Shown here one piece after another: positions 35,814 through 45,926 of a stretch of DNA of 64,000 nt; the stretch's first letter is position 1; the number at the start of each line of letters is the position of its first letter. The position numbers and the translations under genes were made by a program. This stretch comes from an uncultured Actinomycetota bacterium. Its GTDB lineage: Bacteria; Actinomycetota; Actinomycetes; Actinomycetales; Dermatophilaceae. Where the stretch lies: positions 137,613 to 201,612 of the forward strand of contig CAVPXT010000007.1 of assembly GCA_963709785.1 (NCBI GenBank), written 5' to 3'. The notes under the pieces are model-generated. The model saw only the letters and a program-made list of their open reading frames with translations. It did no database searches and was not told the origin of the DNA.

Positions 35814-36529
35814 CCGGTGGCCTCCTGCGGGCTGAGCAGGAACTTGTAGCCCACGCCGCGGACCGTGCCGATGACGCGCGGTGCGGCCGCGTCGTCGCCG
35901 AGGGCGCGGCGCATGCTCCGGACGTGGACGTCGACGACCCGCTCGTCGCCGTAGAAGTCGTAGCCCCAGACCTCCTCGAGCAGCTGGGCGCGGCTGAACA
36001 CCCGCCCCGGGGAGGCCGCGAGGGAGCGCAGCAGGTCGAACTCGAGGGCGGAGAGGACGACCTCCCGCCCGTCGACGGAGAGCTCGCGGCGGCGCGGGTC
36101 GAGGGTGAGGCCCGGGAAGCGCAGGACGTCGTCCGGCGGCTCGGTGACGGCGGCGTCGCGGGTCCGGCGGAGCACCGTGCGAACCCGTGCGACGACCTCC
36201 CGCGGGCTGAACGGCTTGGCGACGTAGTCGTCGGCGCCGGTGGAGAGCCCGATGAGGGTGTCGGCCTCGTCGGCGCGGGCGGTGACCAGGATGACGTAGA
36301 CGTCGGAGTCGCGACGCAGGGTCCGCAGGACGTCGAGCCCGTCGAGGTCGGGGAGGCCGATGTCGAGGAGCACGAGGTCCGGGGCGCTGCCGTCGGTGGC
36401 CAGGGCGGCGCGCAGCGCGTCCGCGCCCGTCGCCGCCTCGGTGACCACGTGGCCCTCGGCCTCGAGGTACGCGCGCAGCACCGTGCGGATCTCGCGCTCG
36501 TCGTCGACGACGAGGACCCGGCGAGCCAT
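35810..36529 (-). CDS. OmpR-family response regulator
   Basis: MARRVLVVDDE, receiver Asp in LLDIGLPDLDG, C-terminal winged helix TVRGVGYKF. Confidence 0.9.
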   Translation of the reverse strand: MARRVLVVDDEREIRTVLRAYLEAEGHVVTEAATGADALRAALATDGSAPDLVLLDIGLPDLDGLDVLRTLRRDSDVYVILVTARADEADTLIGLSTGADDYVAKPFSPREVVARVRTVLRRTRDAAVTEPPDDVLRFPGLTLDPRRRELSVDGREVVLSALEFDLLRSLAASPGRVFSRAQLLEEVWGYDFYGDERVVDVHVRSMRRALGDDAAAPRVIGTVRGVGYKFLLSPQEATG

Positions 36530-36578
36530 GGCGACCTCCTCGGTCCGTCCCGGACCCCCAGCGTAGGAGGATGGCGCC

Positions 36579-37583
36579 GTGTCCGTTCCGCTGACCCGCG
36601 CACTCGAGGCCGTCCTGGGCGGCAGCGACGCCGAGGCGCTGCGCCGGTCGACGGCCCGGCTCATCGACGTGTACCGCTCGGGGGCACCCCCGACCGCGCA
36701 GGTGCTGCACGACCCGAGCACCGCCGCCGCCTACGCGGCGTACCGGATGCCCGCGACCCACGCGGCCGTGTCGCGGGTGCTGCGGCACGTGCTGGAGGTG
36801 GTCCCCGACCTGGCCCCGGGGTCGCTCGTCGACGTCGGGGGCGGGACGGGGGCGGCGGCCTGGGCCGTGGCGGAGGCGTTCCCGGGGCTCGGGTCGGTCG
36901 AGGTGCTCGACGGGTCGGCCGACGCGCTGGCACTCGGGCGGCGCATCGCGTCGCACGGTCCGGGGACGGTGGCCGGGGCGCGCTGGACCCGCCGCGAGCT
37001 CGCCGAGGGTGCGCCGCTGCCCCCGGCCGACCTCGCGACGGTCAGCTACGTCCTCGGCGAGCTGCCGCCTGGGCTCCCCGGGGCGGTGGTCGACGCCGCG
37101 GCCGCGGCGGCACGGGTGCTCGTCGTCGTGGAGCCGGGCACCCCACGCGGTTTCGCGGCGGTGCTCGCGGCCCGCGACCGGCTGATCGCCGCCGGCTGGC
37201 ACGTCGTCGCGCCCTGCCCGCACGAGGCGGGATGCCCGCTCGCGGCGGTCGGCGACTGGTGCCACCTCGCGGTCCGGCTCGACCGCACGGCCCTGCACCG
37301 GCGGCTCAAGGGGGCCGCGCTCGGGCACGAGGACGAGAAGGTCTCGTACGTCGTCGTGTCGCGCGACCCGGTGGCGCCGGCGCCCGGGCGGGTGCTGCGG
37401 CACCCGGTCAAGCGCAAGGGCCTCGTCCAGCTCGAGGTCTGCCGGGCCGACGGGACCGCCGGCCGGGAGCTCGTCACCAAGCGCGACCCGGCCCGGTACC
37501 GGGAGGCCCGCGACGTCGTCTGGGGCGACCCCTGGGGGGCCGCGCCGGGGGGCGCCGGGGCAGGCTCCCCCACGTCCGCCTGA
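36579..37583 (+). CDS. Rsm22-like SAM-dependent methyltransferase
   Basis: AAYAAYRMPATHAA, VDVGGGTGAA, and a Cys cluster APCPHEAGCP...WCH typical of the Rsm22 family. AGGAGG RBS 8 nt before GTG. Confidence 0.75.
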   Translation: MSVPLTRALEAVLGGSDAEALRRSTARLIDVYRSGAPPTAQVLHDPSTAAAYAAYRMPATHAAVSRVLRHVLEVVPDLAPGSLVDVGGGTGAAAWAVAEAFPGLGSVEVLDGSADALALGRRIASHGPGTVAGARWTRRELAEGAPLPPADLATVSYVLGELPPGLPGAVVDAAAAAARVLVVVEPGTPRGFAAVLAARDRLIAAGWHVVAPCPHEAGCPLAAVGDWCHLAVRLDRTALHRRLKGAALGHEDEKVSYVVVSRDPVAPAPGRVLRHPVKRKGLVQLEVCRADGTAGRELVTKRDPARYREARDVVWGDPWGAAPGGAGAGSPTSA

Positions 37584-37692
37584 GAGCTTCCCGCCGCGCC
37601 GCGCCGGGGCCTGGTACGGCGCAGGGCCGCGGACTTGCTAGGTTCAGGAGGAAGGACTTCAGCACCAGACAGCTACGAAGGAGTGCACCACC

Positions 37693-37968
37693 ATGACCAA
37701 GAAGGATCTCGCCCAGGCCGTCGCCGGCAAGACCGACCTGTCGGCCAGCGCCGCCGAGGACGCCCTGAACATCGCGTTCGAGGCCATCGCGGCCGAGCTC
37801 GCCAAGGGCGAGGACGTCAAGATCGCGGGCTTCGGCAACTTCGAGACCCGCGACCGCGCCGCCCGCACCGGCCGCAACCCGCAGACCGGCGAGGAGATCC
37901 AGATCGCCGCGTCGACCTCGGTCGGCTTCAAGGCCGCGGCGCAGCTCAAGCGCGCCGTCAACGGCTGA
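37693..37968 (+). CDS. hup: nucleoid-associated DNA-binding protein HU
   Basis: MTKKDLAQAVA...GFGNFETRDRAARTGRNPQTGEEIQIAAS, a canonical HU/IHF fold sequence. Confidence 0.95.
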   Translation: MTKKDLAQAVAGKTDLSASAAEDALNIAFEAIAAELAKGEDVKIAGFGNFETRDRAARTGRNPQTGEEIQIAASTSVGFKAAAQLKRAVNG

Positions 37969-37985
37969 CGCACCCAGCACGCGCC

Positions 37986-38023
37986 GACGGGGCGCCGACC
38001 TCCACGGAGGTCGGCGCCCCGTC
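37986..38023 (+). terminator. GC-rich hairpin after hup
   Basis: GACGGGGCGCCGACCTCC...GGAGGTCGGCGCCCCGTC, a near-perfect inverted repeat 18 nt after the stop. Confidence 0.6.
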
Positions 38024-38193
38024 CGCATGTCCCCTCCTGCCCGTCCCCTTCCACCCCTGCGTCCCCCTCCCACCCCGCCCCTGGATGAACGGTGAGGTCA
38101 GGGCCGGCAGCGGGGCGTGACGACGGATTCCGAAGTTCGATCACGCCGCTGCTGCACTTTCCGACAGCCGGGGCGCGCCGTATGCTCGCGACC

Positions 38194-39672
38194 ATGCACC
38201 AGTACATCGGCGGCGCACGCCGGGACGCGACCACCGGGGAGACGTTCGACGTCCTCGACCCCAGCACCGACGAGGTGGTCGAGACGGTGAGCCTGGCCGG
38301 GCCGGACGACGTCGACGCCGCCGTCGCCTCGGCGAAGGCGGCGTACGAGGAGTGGTCGCGCGCCACCCCGGTCGAGCGGGCCACCGTCCTCGCGAAGGCC
38401 GCCGTCCTCCTCGACGAGCGCGCCGAGGAGCTCGCGGAGCTGGAGTCCCGGCAGGCGGGCAAGCCGATCCGCCTCGCGCGCGAGTTCGACGTCCCCGGCA
38501 CCGTCGACAACACCGCGTTCTTCGGCGCCGCGGCCCGCCGCCTCGACGGGATGGCGAGCGCCGAGTACTCGGGCGACCACACCTCCTCGATCCGCCGCGA
38601 GCCGCTCGGCGTCGTCGGCTCGATCGCGCCGTGGAACTACCCGCTCCAGATGGCCGCCTGGAAGGTGCTGCCCGCCATCGCGGCCGGCAACACCATCGTC
38701 CTCAAGCCCGCCGAGATCACCCCACTCACCTCGCTGCTCTTCGCGGAGGCCTTCACCGAGGCCGGGGCGCCCCCCGGCGTCGTCAACGTGGTGACGGGCA
38801 CCGGCCGGGTCGCGGGCCAGCACCTCGTCGGCCACCCCGACGTGGCGATGACCTCGTTCACCGGCTCGACGGCCGTCGGGCGGCAGGTCATGGCGACGGC
38901 GTCGGCCACCGCGAAGCGGGTCCACCTCGAGCTCGGCGGCAAGGCACCCTTCGTCGTGTTCGACGACGCCGACCTCGAGGCCGCGGTCCACGGCGCGGTC
39001 GCGGCATCGCTCATCAACACCGGCCAGGACTGCACGGCCGCCACCCGCGCCGTCGTGCACCGCTCGGTGCTCGAGGAGTTCGTCCGCGGCGTCGCCGACC
39101 TGTTCGCCGCCGTCCGGATGGGCCCGACCTCCGACCCCGCCACCGACCTCGGCCCGCTCTCCTCGCGCCCGCACCTCGAGAAGGTCGCCGGCATGGTCGA
39201 GCGCGCCCGGGGCTACGCGAAGGTCGTCACGGGCGGGGCCATGCCCACCGGCGAGCTCGCCCGCGGCTGCTACTACGAGCCCACCCTCGTCACCGACGTG
39301 CCGCTGGACTCCGAGCTGTGGACCGACGAGGTGTTCGGACCGGTGCTCGTCGTCGTGCCGTTCGACGACGACGACGAGGCGATCCGGCTCGCCAACGACA
39401 CCGAGTACGGCCTCGCCGCCTCCGCGTGGACCCGCGACACCTACCGCGCCGGGCGGGCCTCCCGCGAGATCCGGGCGGGGTGCGTCTGGGTCAACGACCA
39501 CATCCCGATCATCAGCGAGATGCCCCATGGTGGGTACAAGCACTCCGGCTTCGGGAAGGACATGTCGGCGTACTCGTTCGACGAGTACACCCAGGTCAAG
39601 CACGTCATGCACGACATCACCCGCGAGGCCCACAAGGCCTGGCACCGCACGATCTTCACCCTGCCGGGCTGA
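38194..39672 (+). CDS. NAD-dependent aldehyde dehydrogenase (aminobutyraldehyde/betaine-aldehyde DH-like)
   Basis: MHQYIGG start (alternative ATG at 38182). FTGSTAVG, ELGGKAP, catalytic Cys in GQDCTAATR, PHGGYKHSGFG. Confidence 0.9.
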   Translation: MHQYIGGARRDATTGETFDVLDPSTDEVVETVSLAGPDDVDAAVASAKAAYEEWSRATPVERATVLAKAAVLLDERAEELAELESRQAGKPIRLAREFDVPGTVDNTAFFGAAARRLDGMASAEYSGDHTSSIRREPLGVVGSIAPWNYPLQMAAWKVLPAIAAGNTIVLKPAEITPLTSLLFAEAFTEAGAPPGVVNVVTGTGRVAGQHLVGHPDVAMTSFTGSTAVGRQVMATASATAKRVHLELGGKAPFVVFDDADLEAAVHGAVAASLINTGQDCTAATRAVVHRSVLEEFVRGVADLFAAVRMGPTSDPATDLGPLSSRPHLEKVAGMVERARGYAKVVTGGAMPTGELARGCYYEPTLVTDVPLDSELWTDEVFGPVLVVVPFDDDDEAIRLANDTEYGLAASAWTRDTYRAGRASREIRAGCVWVNDHIPIISEMPHGGYKHSGFGKDMSAYSFDEYTQVKHVMHDITREAHKAWHRTIFTLPG

Positions 39673-39700
39673 CCCGGACCGACCCTCGAAAGGCCCCGCG

Positions 39701-41075
39701 ATGAGCGAGTTCGCCTCCCCTGCAGTGCAGCCCGACCCCGAGAAGGGCACTCGGGTCGCTGCCGACGACCGTGCGCACGTGTTCCATTCGTGGTCGGCGC
39801 AGGCACAGATCAGCCCGTTGCCGATCGCGGGTGCGTCGGGGAGCCACTTCTGGGACTTCGAGGGGAGGAGGTACCTGGACTTCTCGTCCCAGCTGGTGAA
39901 CGTGAACATCGGCTACCAGCACCCGAAGCTGGTCGCGGCCATCCAGGAGGCCGCGGCGCGGCAGTGCACGATCGCGCCGAGCTTCGCCGACGAGTCGCGT
40001 TCGGAGGCGGCCCGGATGATCGCCGAGCGCGCGCCGGGGTCGCTGGACAAGGTGTTCTTCACCAACGGCGGCGCCGAGGCGACCGAGAACGCGATGCGGA
40101 TGGCGAAGCTGCACACCGGCCGGCACAAGGTGCTGACGACCTACCGCAGCTACCACGGCGCGACCGCGGGTGCGATCGTCGCGACGGGTGACCCGCGGCG
40201 CTGGGCGAACGAGCCGGGGATGACCGGCATCGTCCACTTCTGGGGCCCGTACCCGTACCGGTCGCAGTTCCACGCCGCCGACGCGGCCCAGGAGTGCGAG
40301 CGGGCGCTGCAGCACCTGCGCGACGTCATCATGGTCGAGGGCCCGCAGACCATCGCGGCGATCATGCTCGAGACGGTCGTGGGCACCAACGGCATCCTCG
40401 TCCCGCCGCAGGGCTACCTCGCCGGGGTCCGCGAGATCTGCGACGAGCACGGCATCGTCTGGATCGCCGACGAGGTGATGGCCGGGTTCGGGCGCTGCGG
40501 GGAGTGGTTCGCCGTGGACCACTGGGGCGTCACCCCCGACCTGATCTGCTTCGCCAAGGGCGTCAACTCCGGGTACGTCCCGCTGGGCGGTGTCGTCATC
40601 TCCGCGCAGATCGCCGCGACGTTCGATGACCGCCCGTTCCCCGGCGGCCTCACCTACTCCGGGCACCCGCTGGCGTGCGCCTCGGCCGTGGCCTCGATGC
40701 AGATCTTCGAGGAGGAGGCCATCCTGGAGAACGTCCGCAAGGTCTCCGAGACCGTCATCGCGCCCCGGCTCGCCGAGATCGCCGAGAAGCACCCCAGCGT
40801 CGGGGAGGTCCGCGGCCTCGGCTACTTCTGGGCCCTGGAGCTGGTCCGCGACCCCGAGACCCGCGAACCGCTCGTGCCCTACAACGCCTCCGGGTCCGGC
40901 AGCCGCGCCGATGAACGAGTTCGCCGCCGCCTGCAAGGCCGAGGGCCTGTGGCCGTTCACCCACTTCAACCGCACCCACGTCGTCCCGCCCTGCACCACC
41001 ACCGCCGAGGAGATGACCGAGGGCCTCGACATCCTCGACCACGCCCTCGACGTCGCCGACCGCCACACCGCCTGA
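39701..41075 (+). pseudogene. class III (omega) aminotransferase with one frame break near 40890-40900
   Basis: Frame 1 carries the N-terminal 397 aa (…ADEVMAGFGRCGEWFA…LVPYNASGS). The conserved C-terminus AAAPMNEFAAACKAEGLWPFTHFNRTHVVPPCTTTAEE continues in the +1 frame (ORF 40590..41075). Confidence 0.75.
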
Positions 41076-41095
41076 CCCGGTCGACGGGACCGTCG

Positions 41096-42325
41096 GTGCG
41101 AACGGCCCGGCGGCAGCTGGGGCTCATCGCCGGCGTCCAGGTCCTCGCCCTCGCCACCTGGTTCGCGGCCTCGGCCGTGGCGCCCGCGCTGCGCGAGGAG
41201 TGGGACATCACGACGCTCCAGTCGGCCCTCCTCACGGTCGCCGTGCAGCTGGGGTTCGTCACCGGGGCGGTGGCCTCGGCGGCCGTCAACCTCGCGGACC
41301 GCTTCCCCGCCCACCGCGTCGCGGGGTACTCGGCCCTGCTCGCGGCGGCGTCGACCGCGGCGATCGCGGCGTTCGTCGACGGGCTCGGGGCGGCGGTGAC
41401 GCTGCGGTTCGTCACGGGGATGGCCCTCGCCGGCGTCTACCCCGTCGGGATGAAGCTCATGACGTCGTGGTTCGACCGTGGCCGGGGGTTCGCGCTCGGG
41501 GTGCTCGTCGGCGCGCTCACCCTGGGCAGCGCACTCCCCCAGCTCGTGACGAGCGTCGCGTCGCTGCCGTGGCGCGGCGTGCTCACCGTGTCCGCGGTCT
41601 CCGCCGCGATCGGGGCCGTCCTCGCCCTGGCCCTCGTCCGGCCGGGGCCGTACGCACGCCCGGCACCCCCGCTCGCTCCCGCGTTCGTGCTCACCCTCTT
41701 CCGGGAGCGCGGCCCGCTCCTGGCGAACCTCGGCTACTTCGGCCACACGTGGGAGCTCTACGCGATGTGGACCTGGGTGCCGGCGTTCCTCTCGGCGTCC
41801 GTCGCGGAGCGGACGGGCGTCGAGCCGGGCCGGGCGTTCGTGGGCCCCGTCGCCTTCACCGTCATCGGGGTCGCCGGCGCGGCGGGCTGCCTCGTCGCGG
41901 GCCGCCTCGGGGACCGGCTCGGCCGGGCGCGCGTCGCCGGCTGGGCCATGCGCGGCTCGGCCACCTGCTGCGTCCTCGCCGCCCTCGTCTTCGGGGCCTC
42001 GCTGTGGCTCGTGCTCCCGGTCCTGCTGGCCTGGGGTGTCACGGTCATCGCGGACTCCGGGCTGTTCTCGAGCTGCGTCGCCGACGTCGTCGACCCCCGG
42101 TACGTCGGCACGGCGCTGACCACCCAGACGGCACTGGGGTTCCTGCTCACCGTCGTGACGATCAACGCCGTCCCGGTCGTCGTCGACCTCGCCGGCTGGC
42201 GGCCGGCCGTGGCGTTGCTGGCGGTCGGCCCGGTCGCCGGTGCCGTCGCGATGGCGCGGCTCGACACGTTGCTGCGCGGCCCCGGTGTCAGGACGCCGTC
42301 GCCGCAGGCTTCGCCGGGAGGGTGA
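41096..42325 (+). CDS. MFS transporter
   Basis: GTG at 41096. 12-TM-like sequence beginning VRTARRQLGLIAGVQVLALATWF. Confidence 0.85.
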   Translation: MRTARRQLGLIAGVQVLALATWFAASAVAPALREEWDITTLQSALLTVAVQLGFVTGAVASAAVNLADRFPAHRVAGYSALLAAASTAAIAAFVDGLGAAVTLRFVTGMALAGVYPVGMKLMTSWFDRGRGFALGVLVGALTLGSALPQLVTSVASLPWRGVLTVSAVSAAIGAVLALALVRPGPYARPAPPLAPAFVLTLFRERGPLLANLGYFGHTWELYAMWTWVPAFLSASVAERTGVEPGRAFVGPVAFTVIGVAGAAGCLVAGRLGDRLGRARVAGWAMRGSATCCVLAALVFGASLWLVLPVLLAWGVTVIADSGLFSSCVADVVDPRYVGTALTTQTALGFLLTVVTINAVPVVVDLAGWRPAVALLAVGPVAGAVAMARLDTLLRGPGVRTPSPQASPGG

Positions 42326-42800
42326 CGCCGCAGGTCTCCGCGGCGGCCCGCAGGTCGGTCCGCACCTGCCGGCGCTGCTCCGCGGTCAGGGGGCCCCACG
42401 GGCGGGTGACGTCGGCGTCCTCGAGGCACTGCTGCTGGGTGTCGGTGAGGCCGTCCCAGAAGGCGCGGGCCCTGGGAAAGGGCAGCTCGACGCCACAGGC
42501 CGTGGTGGCCTCGGTGACCTGGCCGCGCAGGGTCGCCCGCTCGGCGTCGTCGAGCCGCCCGACCGGACGGGTGATCTTCGCGTCCGACAGGCACTGCCGC
42601 TGGGTGTCGGTGAGGTCCTTCCACCAGCGGCGGGCGCCCTGACGGGCGACGCCGTCGGTACCGTCCGGGGCGTCGGACGACACCGCCGTGACCGCCGCGA
42701 CGGGCGTGGGGGCGGCGATGGCGCTCGTGGCGGCGACCCCGGTCAGGACGACGGCCCCGCCGGCGGCGAGGGTGATGAGGGAGGTACGGAGGACGGGCAT
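42288..42800 (-). CDS. secreted hypothetical protein with two ~50-aa Cys-pair repeats
   Basis: ATG at 42800 (MPVLRTSLITLAAGGAVVLTGVAATSAIAAP signal). Repeats are WWKDLTDTQRQCLSDAKITRPVGRL...ACGVELP and FWDGLTDTQQQCLEDADVTRPWGPL...TCGVTLP. Confidence 0.6.
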   Translation of the reverse strand: MPVLRTSLITLAAGGAVVLTGVAATSAIAAPTPVAAVTAVSSDAPDGTDGVARQGARRWWKDLTDTQRQCLSDAKITRPVGRLDDAERATLRGQVTEATTACGVELPFPRARAFWDGLTDTQQQCLEDADVTRPWGPLTAEQRRQVRTDLRAAAETCGVTLPAKPAATAS

Positions 42801-42944
42801 CGGGTGCTCCTCGGGTCGGTGCGGTTCGGTGACGGGACCGACCATCCCGGCCGACCCTCGCGGTGACCGTGGCCGCACCTCGCGGGTTGCTGGAGACCCA
42901 GGGCTGCGGGTCGCCGACGCGTCCGGCCTTCAGGAAGTCCCGAG

Positions 42945-43682
42945 GTGTCCTCCAGACAGCCGCCCGCCCCGCGTGGGAGCGTCGTCCCCGTGGCCGACCC
43001 AGCACCCCCGAGCGTCCTCGTCGTCGACGACGAGGAGAACATCGCCTACCTCGTCTCCTCCGCGCTGCGCCTCGCCGGGATGGAGGTGAGGACCGCGGGC
43101 ACCGGGCAGGACGCCCTGGCCGCCGCCACCCGCACGCGCCCCGACGCGATCGTCCTCGACGTCATGCTCCCCGACCTCGACGGGTTCGAGGTGCTGCGGC
43201 GGTTGCGCACCACGGGCTCGACCGCGCCGGTCCTCTTCCTCACCGCGCGCACCGAGACCGCCGACCGGGTGCGCGGGCTCACCTCCGGCGGCGACGACTA
43301 CATCACCAAGCCGTTCGCGCTCGAGGAGCTCGTGGCGCGGGTGCACGTCGCCCTGCGCCGCGGCGGTGCCCCCGCGGCCCCGAGCGCCCGCCACCAGGTG
43401 CACGACCTCGTCCTCGACGAGGACCAGCACCGGGTCTGGCGCGGCGACACCGAGGTGCACCTCACCGCCACCGAGTTCAGCCTGCTGCGGCTGCTCCTCG
43501 TCAACGCCGGGCGGGTCGTCACGCGCGCCCAGATCCTCGACCACGTGTGGCAGTACGACTTCGCCGGCGAGAGCGCCATCATCGAGTCCTTCGTCTCGAC
43601 GCTCCGCAAGAAGGTCGACGCGACGCCGCCGAAGCTCGTCCACACGGTCCGCGGCGTCGGCTACACCGTCCGGGAGCCCTGA
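42945..43682 (+). CDS. OmpR-family response regulator
   Basis: VLVVDDEENIAYL, VLDVMLPDLDG, TVRGVGYTV. Alternative GTG start at 42990. Confidence 0.9.
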   Translation: MSSRQPPAPRGSVVPVADPAPPSVLVVDDEENIAYLVSSALRLAGMEVRTAGTGQDALAAATRTRPDAIVLDVMLPDLDGFEVLRRLRTTGSTAPVLFLTARTETADRVRGLTSGGDDYITKPFALEELVARVHVALRRGGAPAAPSARHQVHDLVLDEDQHRVWRGDTEVHLTATEFSLLRLLLVNAGRVVTRAQILDHVWQYDFAGESAIIESFVSTLRKKVDATPPKLVHTVRGVGYTVREP

Positions 43683-45037
43683 TGACGCTGCGCCGCCGGC
43701 TCGTCGTCGCGGTGGGCGTCCTCGTGGTGCTGGCCGTCCTCGCCGGGGCCTCGGTGGTGCTCGTCCAGCGCGCCTTCCTCGTCGAGCGCCTGGACGCCGA
43801 GATCACGGCCCTGGCCCGGAACCCGCGAGCCGTCCTCCTTGCCTCGCAACGAGCCGACGGCGCGGTCGCGGATGCCGTGCTCAGCGACGTCTACGTGGGA
43901 CGGATGGGCGCTGACGGGCGCCTCGACACGGTGTTGGCGCCCCAGGACGACCCCACGCTCGTCCCCGACCTCGCCCCCGGCGAGCAGGTGCCGACCCCCG
44001 AGGGCCGGACGACGTCCGCGGGCCAGGCCCGCCGGGTGCGGGTGGTGACGGTGGCCCTGCCGAACGGCCGCGCGCAGGCCGTCATCGCCGTCCCGACGAC
44101 CTCGGCCGACGCCGCGACCCGCCGCCTGTCGCTGACCCTGCTGCTCACCGGGCTGGCCCTCGCGGGCTTCGTCGGGCTGCTGCTGTGGTGGGTGGACCGC
44201 CTCGGGCTGCGACCGATCGCCGCGATGACCGAGGCGGCGGGTGCCATCACGGCGGGCGACACCTCGCGCCGCGTCCCACCCGGCCCGCCGGGCACCGAGG
44301 CGGCCCGGCTCGGCGAGGCGCTCAACACGATGATCGACACGACCTCTGCGACGAACGAGCGGATGCGGCGCTTCGTCGCCGACGCCTCGCACGAGCTGCG
44401 GACCCCGCTGACGACCCTCGGGGGCTACGCAGCCCTCCACGGGTCGCGGCCGCCGGGGTCGCTCGACGCCGAGGGGCGGGCCGCGGTCGACGACGCGATG
44501 CGCCGGATCGGCGACGAGGCGGCCCGGATGCGCCGCCTCGTCGACGGGCTGCTCGACCTCACCGGCCTGGAGTCGCCCGAGGCCCTGCGCCGCGAACCCG
44601 TCGACCTCTCCGAGGTGCTGCGTGACGTCGTGTCCGACCTGCGCGTCGTGGCCCCGGACCGGCCGGTGACGCTCGAGGCCCCGGACCGGCTCGTCGTGAG
44701 CGCCGACCGCGACCGCGTCACGCAGGCGCTCGTCGGCCTCACCTCGAACGCCGTGCGGCACACCCCGAGCGGCACCCCGGTCTCGCTGCGGGTGGTCCGT
44801 CACGACGGCCGGGTGCGGGTCGAGGTGGCCGATGCCGGGCCGGGCATCCCCGTCGAGCACCTGCCCCACCTCTTCGAGCGCTTCTACCGGGTGGACCGCT
44901 CGCGGTCCTCGGGCAGCGGCGGTTCGGGCCTCGGGCTCGCCGTCGTCGACGCCGTCGCGCGTGCCCACGGGGGGTCGGTCGCGGTGGCCTCGGAGCCGGG
45001 CCGGGGCACGGTGTTCGCGTTCGACCTCCCCGCCTGA
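43682..45037 (+). CDS. sensor histidine kinase
   Basis: ATG at 43682 overlaps the RR stop by 1 nt. Two TM segments, HAMP, H-box ADASHELRTPLT, GSGLGLAVV G-box. Confidence 0.9.
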   Translation: MTLRRRLVVAVGVLVVLAVLAGASVVLVQRAFLVERLDAEITALARNPRAVLLASQRADGAVADAVLSDVYVGRMGADGRLDTVLAPQDDPTLVPDLAPGEQVPTPEGRTTSAGQARRVRVVTVALPNGRAQAVIAVPTTSADAATRRLSLTLLLTGLALAGFVGLLLWWVDRLGLRPIAAMTEAAGAITAGDTSRRVPPGPPGTEAARLGEALNTMIDTTSATNERMRRFVADASHELRTPLTTLGGYAALHGSRPPGSLDAEGRAAVDDAMRRIGDEAARMRRLVDGLLDLTGLESPEALRREPVDLSEVLRDVVSDLRVVAPDRPVTLEAPDRLVVSADRDRVTQALVGLTSNAVRHTPSGTPVSLRVVRHDGRVRVEVADAGPGIPVEHLPHLFERFYRVDRSRSSGSGGSGLGLAVVDAVARAHGGSVAVASEPGRGTVFAFDLPA

Positions 45038-45077
45038 GCGCGCCCGAGCGCGCCGACGAGGACCTGCACGGCGGCCA

Positions 45078-45821
45078 TCAGCGGCGACCCGCCCGGAGGA
45101 CCAGCCAGCCGGCGAGCCAGACCTCACCGACGAGGCCGGAGACGGCGACGACCGCCGTCGACACGGTGCCCGCGACGCCGGCGTGCACCGCGAGGAGGCG
45201 GAGCAGCGCGTCGAGGACGTAGGCACCGCCGGCGAGCGCGACGACGGCCCCGAGGGCCCGCGGCGCCGACCCGCGCCACAGGAGCACGCCGACGAGCGCG
45301 AGGTGGACGCCGAAGACCGCGAGCGCGAGCTGCCACGCGTCGCCGAAGGCGTGGACGGCCACCCACGCGGCCTGCGCGTCGGTGGCGTCCGTCGCGTCGC
45401 CCGAGGTGGCGGTGCGGACCGCCGACGCGAGGTGCCCGATGGCGGCGACGAACATCCCGGCGTACGCGACGCGCAGCCACCCGGCGAGCGTCGCCAGGCC
45501 CTCCCCGGCCGGTCGCAGCACGGTCGCGAGCGCCCAGGCGACGACCACGTCGAGGACGGCCGCGGCGAGCAGGGCGAGGACCGCGAACCGGGCCGCGCCG
45601 GCGTGGCCGGCGAGCCAGTCGGTGGCCGCGGACGCGCCGTCGGCGCCCAGGGCCTGCTGCACGGCGAGGTTCGCCGGGACCGCGAGGGCGGCCATCGCGA
45701 CCAGCGAGACACCGCCGACGACCGCGGCGGACCGGACGGCGGAGGCGGTGCGGGTGGGGATGGCGGCGGTCGCGGCGGTCGCGGCCGCCTGCGGTGCGGG
45801 CTGACGGGTGGTAGTAGTCAT
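45078..45821 (-). CDS. DUF4386-like integral membrane protein
   Basis: Only the last 247 aa of the 1598-aa ORF look real (MTTTTRQPAP...LDVVVAWALATVLRP...). Divergent from the TetR gene. Confidence 0.65.
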   Translation of the reverse strand: MTTTTRQPAPQAAATAATAAIPTRTASAVRSAAVVGGVSLVAMAALAVPANLAVQQALGADGASAATDWLAGHAGAARFAVLALLAAAVLDVVVAWALATVLRPAGEGLATLAGWLRVAYAGMFVAAIGHLASAVRTATSGDATDATDAQAAWVAVHAFGDAWQLALAVFGVHLALVGVLLWRGSAPRALGAVVALAGGAYVLDALLRLLAVHAGVAGTVSTAVVAVSGLVGEVWLAGWLVLRAGRR

Positions 45822-45837
45822 CTCGGCTCCTTCGTGT

Positions 45838-45867
45838 TTACTGTGTAAACACTTGTTTACCGCGTAA
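45838..45867. promoter_or_regulatory. two TTAC-N3-GTAA palindromes (GTTTACTGTGTAAAC, GTTTACCGCGTAAAC), putative TetR operator
   Basis: AT-rich island in the divergent region. Repeats start 19 bp apart. Same half-sites as at 29740..29772. Confidence 0.55.
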
Positions 45868-45926
45868 ACTACCGTGAGCGCAACCCCCGGCCCGGACCCG
45901 GCGTCGAGGTAGCGTGCGCACCGGAG

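Noticed and set aside
39656-41746. 696-aa minus-strand ORF, and similar ones at 38098..39909 and 61297..63204
   Set aside because: They are antisense to well-supported ALDH, aminotransferase, MFS and tyrosinase genes, and they contain no motifs.
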